Positions 60,119 to 64,000 of a stretch of DNA of 64,000 bases are shown piece after piece. Each line of letters starts with the position of its first letter. Position 1 is the stretch's first letter. Under the pieces are notes generated by a model, which did not search any database, was not told the origin of the DNA, and saw only the letters and a program-made list of their open reading frames with translations. The DNA is from Rhynchopus sp. YZ270_cl-10 (lineage: Eukaryota), in assembly GCA_964035575.1 (NCBI GenBank), contig OZ037842.1:124001-188000 (forward strand), written 5' to 3'. Made by a program: the position numbers and the translations under genes.

Positions 60119-61504
60119 CTATGAAAGCAGGTTGCGGGCAAGGCCAGAGAAGAAGCCGGAAACAGAGCTGTTCGCTTCGGTGTTCGCCTTGTTGCGTGCC
60201 TGGGGGGGGGGGGGGGGGGTGAGTGTTTATGTTTATATCCAAAATGTAAGAAATATTGGTGTGTCTGACGACCCCAAAATAGCACAAAAATAGCACCCCC
60301 TTTCAGCCAAATATGACATGAAATATACAAAAATCCTCGCACCTTCAATAGCAGCTCTTACGAAAGCTGACCCTCCTTTCGAGGGTACATCAACGGAATG
60401 TACGTTAGCTTTTGTAAACCAGTATATCAAGAGAAGTTTCACAATATCCATATACTTTCAGTTCACAGAATTGAAAGCATTTGAGAGGGTCAACACAATG
60501 CAAGAAAAGTTGTCAAAACACATTAACCCCCGTCACCTGAAGGGCTGCCCCATAAGTTTGTTGTCGATGGCAAAATGGCCGAAAAATGAAATACCTTGTG
60601 CTCCTTCATGCGCGCAGCAAGCGAGTTCCCGCCTACATCCTTGGCCTCCCCGGCTACGACAAGCGACTTCTTGTAGTCGGACTCACGCACCTCCCCTGCT
60701 GACATGTAGGAGGGCTGGTTGCCGCCACCGCCGCCTTCCTTCGTCTGTCGTGTGGTGTGTGATGAAGTGTCCATGCATCCGTTAGGACCATACCTTTGCA
60801 ACGCTTTCCTCAAGCACTTCGCTCTCGAAGCCCACATCCGCCAGGTGTTTGAGGAGAAGGTGTTTGGGTGTCGACAGGAAGAGGGTGAGCTGCTTGCTTT
60901 GCGCATCAATCGAGTATGAAATCTGTCACAAAAAAAAAAGCATATTTACACACACACCCCACACACATACCATCCCCCTAATATTCTGAAGGAAGTATTC
61001 GAGGCCCTCGACGTTGGCAGGGTTGACGGAAGGGGTGCTGAGGGTCATTCGCCGTCTCACGACCTTTGCTCTGTCGACCTTGTTCCGGGGGGCGAGCTGT
61101 TTTCTGTGATTTTCGGGGACTGCGGGATATGCTTTACGTACGCCACCTGCTCCGCTCGCCGCGCTCTTCTCCTTCTCAGGCATGGCAGGCGCCGCTGACT
61201 TGAGATACCCCATGACGCCTTCGAGCTCCTCTTTCAGGTCATCACTCGACGCGCCATCGTACGCCGTCAGCACCGTTGACACCATGCCGTTCTCCTGCGC
61301 AATGAATTCCGGGTTGTCCGGGTGGCTCGCTAATAGGCGCAATGTCTTCGCTGCAGTGACCTGCACCTCCAAATCCGTATGCGTCAGAAATTTTTTAAGC
61401 GTAGGAAGGATCCCACGTCTCGCAATATACGGCTGATTCGCCACATCCCCAGACAGCGTCAACAGCCGGGTGACCACATTTAATTCTGTGACTTGATTCG
61501 ACAT
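60119..61504 (-). CDS. ARMC1: ARMC1-like protein (ARM + HMA-like), 4 exons: 61504-60971, 60922-60794, 60744-60595, 60199-60119; 297 aa
   Basis: ARM-like N-terminus; three phase-0 GT..AG introns (48, 49 and 395 bp) give an open frame ...IRGM|ISYSID...SVAK|TKEG...EHK|ARNK...GFFSGLARNLLS*. Confidence 0.75.
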
Positions 61505-62521
61505 ATTTTAAATTTTCCTAGGGTGGTGGAGGGTGAGAGAGTTGGGGGTTGGTGTAAAAGGGTGAAGTGAGTTTGGAGTTAATCTCTAAGTGGAATTATC
61601 TCGAAAGGAAAGAAAAAAAAGGGGAGAAAAGGTTTTAAGAGAATGAACTCAAAATGGCTCACAATTTCTTAGTCACCTTTTTTAGAAAGCATTAGAGGAA
61701 TTAGTGACGCAGTGCACACAATATGGTAAAGTAAGGTTGTCGCACGACATCTGTTTTAGGGAGCAAACCCTAAATGGATGCAGGCGGACAACAAATTAGA
61801 TTCATATACTTTCAGTTCACAGAACTGAAAGTATTTGAGAGGGTCAACACATGCACCCTTTCTCAACAAAAAAAAGAAAAGTTTATAAGATGATCCTAAG
61901 CCTCTCGTGCTTAGTCACCTTACATAAACTTAAAAAATAAATGGAAAGGGGGGGAAGAAAGCGGTGTAGCCATACTCCCAAAAGAAGCGAATGATACCTC
62001 CAGACAGAACATAGGAGAAAATATTTCAAAGGAAGAAGAAAAAAACAACACCAAAAAAACAATAGCAACAAAGGACCGAGAACTTACACAGATTATTGAA
62101 AACCCAATTGTCTCAAATGCGTGGGGATAGGTAAGACGTCATCCCTGCCTTGTGTGAGTATCACTGTGGGGCACACATCAACAGCGACGCCATTGAAGGT
62201 GTTCACGTGACGGCACACATTTCTCTCTCTCAGGCTTTGAGAAACTGGTATACAAAACCAGTAGCCCAGGTTGTCATTTTCCAGAAGGGTTAGAATTCGC
62301 TCTGGATTCTGCAACATTATAAAAACGCAAAAAAAAAAAAAAAAAATGTCAAACATTTTGAAATACACCAGGCTGTTCCCGACACGCCATTTTTTATTTT
62401 TTTTTGTTAACGGCCGGCTTCAGTGTTGTCCTTTGATATAATAATCATGGACCCTCTTATCCGAAACCTGGCCCACCCTCTCACACCTCTTCTCCCCCAG
62501 CTTAGGTATTCTTGTATAATG

Positions 62522-64000
62522 CTAACCCAGAACTTCTACCGCACGGCGTACCATTTGCTCTTTGGACAGACGCAGCCCTGAGAGGACACCCCACTGAAGC
62601 TGGACCTCCTCCCCATCTGCCAGGCTCTGTCCTAGGCTTTGTGCAGCGTAGCCGTCTGATGGGTCCAGCTCGAGGGCACGCTGGAATAGGTCCTTTGGGG
62701 TGTGTGTGGTGCCGTGGAGGACGACGTTGGCTTGCTGTGTACGGAGGAGTGCGTGGCCGAGGTCCTGCCACACAACAGACACATTGGGATCAAGCGCAAT
62801 CGATCTGAGCAATAGGTCCGCCTCACTCCACAGCGCACCACACAGACGGCATACCCCAGCACTCATGGTATAGCTCAGAAGGCTGTACGCTGCCGCATCG
62901 TCCTCGTCGATCTCAATGGCGCGCACCAAGAGCTGCTCCACAGTGTAGATGCTGTCGAGCTTTACCCGCTGCTGTCCTGTTGTGTGCAGCTCCTCCGCAA
63001 GGTTCCGCCACGGAGCAGAGGTATGTGGTGTTATCTGCACTGCCTTCTCTAGAAGCGCCTGGCGTGTCCACACAACGCCACGAACCATGGCAGTCCCATT
63101 CGTGTCAAGACATTCTGCAAGACCGTTGTACGCAGCACTGCTTCCGTTCCGTTCGATGCAGGATGTAAAGTACTTTACAGACGGTTCCGCAATGCTGGAT
63201 TGGCCTCGCACGCCTTTTGGGGCATAGCCGTGGGAGTGTGCCTTCAGCAGAAGAGATTCCTTTGTAACAGGCTCGCCGTCTGTGAGGCCGATGATCTGTG
63301 TTGTGCCGAGCATTGTACTGAGGGAAGCGTATAAGGCCCCGAGGTTGCTGTCGTTGCGTTGTTGTGCTCGGTGGATTGAACGTTTCGTGCCTTGCATGGC
63401 GAGGTGGCGGAGCCCGCTTTTGGTGGCCTTTTTGTTGTTGAGGAGAATCTCATCGTCGATTGTGTTTGCCAAACGGTAGTACGCTAATGGCAAAGTTGCG
63501 TCGTTTTTTAATTCAATACAACGCATCAAGGCACGTTGTCGCTGCTCCACCGTTGTTGCTTCCGATGCAAGCATTAAGTACGCTTCGGCTCGCTCCGCCC
63601 TTTGCAGAGCAGCAGCTAGCAGGGCCACCCGCCCTAATCTCTCCCCACTCTCAAGACACACCGTCGCGTCTGTCTGCACCGCAGCAAGGTTTGCGTACAC
63701 CGCGCCCGACTGCGGGGACAGCAGCTGTGCGCGCTTGAGGAGGTCTGTTCTGGTCATATCTTTGTGGAGCGACACCACAGCATCGCCAGAGAGGAGGCAC
63801 GCTAGATTGTTGTACGCCAGACCACAAAGCGGGTTGTCGAGCAGGAAGCGTTGCAGGGAGGCGATCTGGAGGGCGGCGCTGCTTGCGGTGTGGTGTGTTG
63901 GGTGGAGCGAGGCTGCCGTGTCGCGCAGTGATTTGATCGCTTCTTGGTGTTGCCCGCTGCGCTCTAAGACAGACGCCGTGTCCGCACACAACCTCGCCTG
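62522..64000 (-). CDS. TPR-like repeat protein (5' partial)
   Basis: Repeated helix pairs such as LLVRAIEIDEDDAAAYSLLS, LLLRSIALDPNVSVVWQDLG and LFQRALELDPSDGYAAQSLG. Confidence 0.82.
   Translation of the reverse strand, partial: QARLCADTASVLERSGQHQEAIKSLRDTAASLHPTHHTASSAALQIASLQRFLLDNPLCGLAYNNLACLLSGDAVVSLHKDMTRTDLLKRAQLLSPQSGAVYANLAAVQTDATVCLESGERLGRVALLAAALQRAERAEAYLMLASEATTVEQRQRALMRCIELKNDATLPLAYYRLANTIDDEILLNNKKATKSGLRHLAMQGTKRSIHRAQQRNDSNLGALYASLSTMLGTTQIIGLTDGEPVTKESLLLKAHSHGYAPKGVRGQSSIAEPSVKYFTSCIERNGSSAAYNGLAECLDTNGTAMVRGVVWTRQALLEKAVQITPHTSAPWRNLAEELHTTGQQRVKLDSIYTVEQLLVRAIEIDEDDAAAYSLLSYTMSAGVCRLCGALWSEADLLLRSIALDPNVSVVWQDLGHALLRTQQANVVLHGTTHTPKDLFQRALELDPSDGYAAQSLGQSLADGEEVQLQWGVLSGLRLSKEQMVRRAVEVLG

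Overview
Eukaryotic, transposon-rich window. All intact host genes lie on the - strand and at least one has short GT-AG introns, which would fit a euglenozoan such as a diplonemid (inference only). 1-4.8 kb: 3' end of an RNase H-bearing non-LTR retrotransposon, degenerate coding debris and a (GACAT)n tract. 4.8-31.5 kb: seven tandem units, each carrying one secreted bulb-type lectin + WSC-domain gene. The paralogs are mosaics around a near-invariant core, and the spacers hold many unit-specific insertions whose empty sites are visible in sister units. 31.8-32.8 kb: MgtE-type Mg2+ transporter, probably lacking upstream exons. 33-53 kb: no recognisable host gene, only nested non-autonomous DNA transposons and pure microsatellites. 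53.8-64 kb: matrin-type zinc-finger gene, Cys-rich type I membrane protein gene, a 4-exon ARMC1-like gene and a partial TPR-like gene. The most unusual signals are (1) a ~40-60 nt GNRA stem-loop element scattered in one orientation, with a demonstrable insertion/TSD and compensatory base changes; (2) a ~100-bp core that seeds a 5/7/9-mer microsatellite ladder; (3) CA..TG elements with 6-bp TSDs; and (4) combinatorial shuffling in the lectin-WSC array. All family assignments come from motif recognition by eye; no searches were run.
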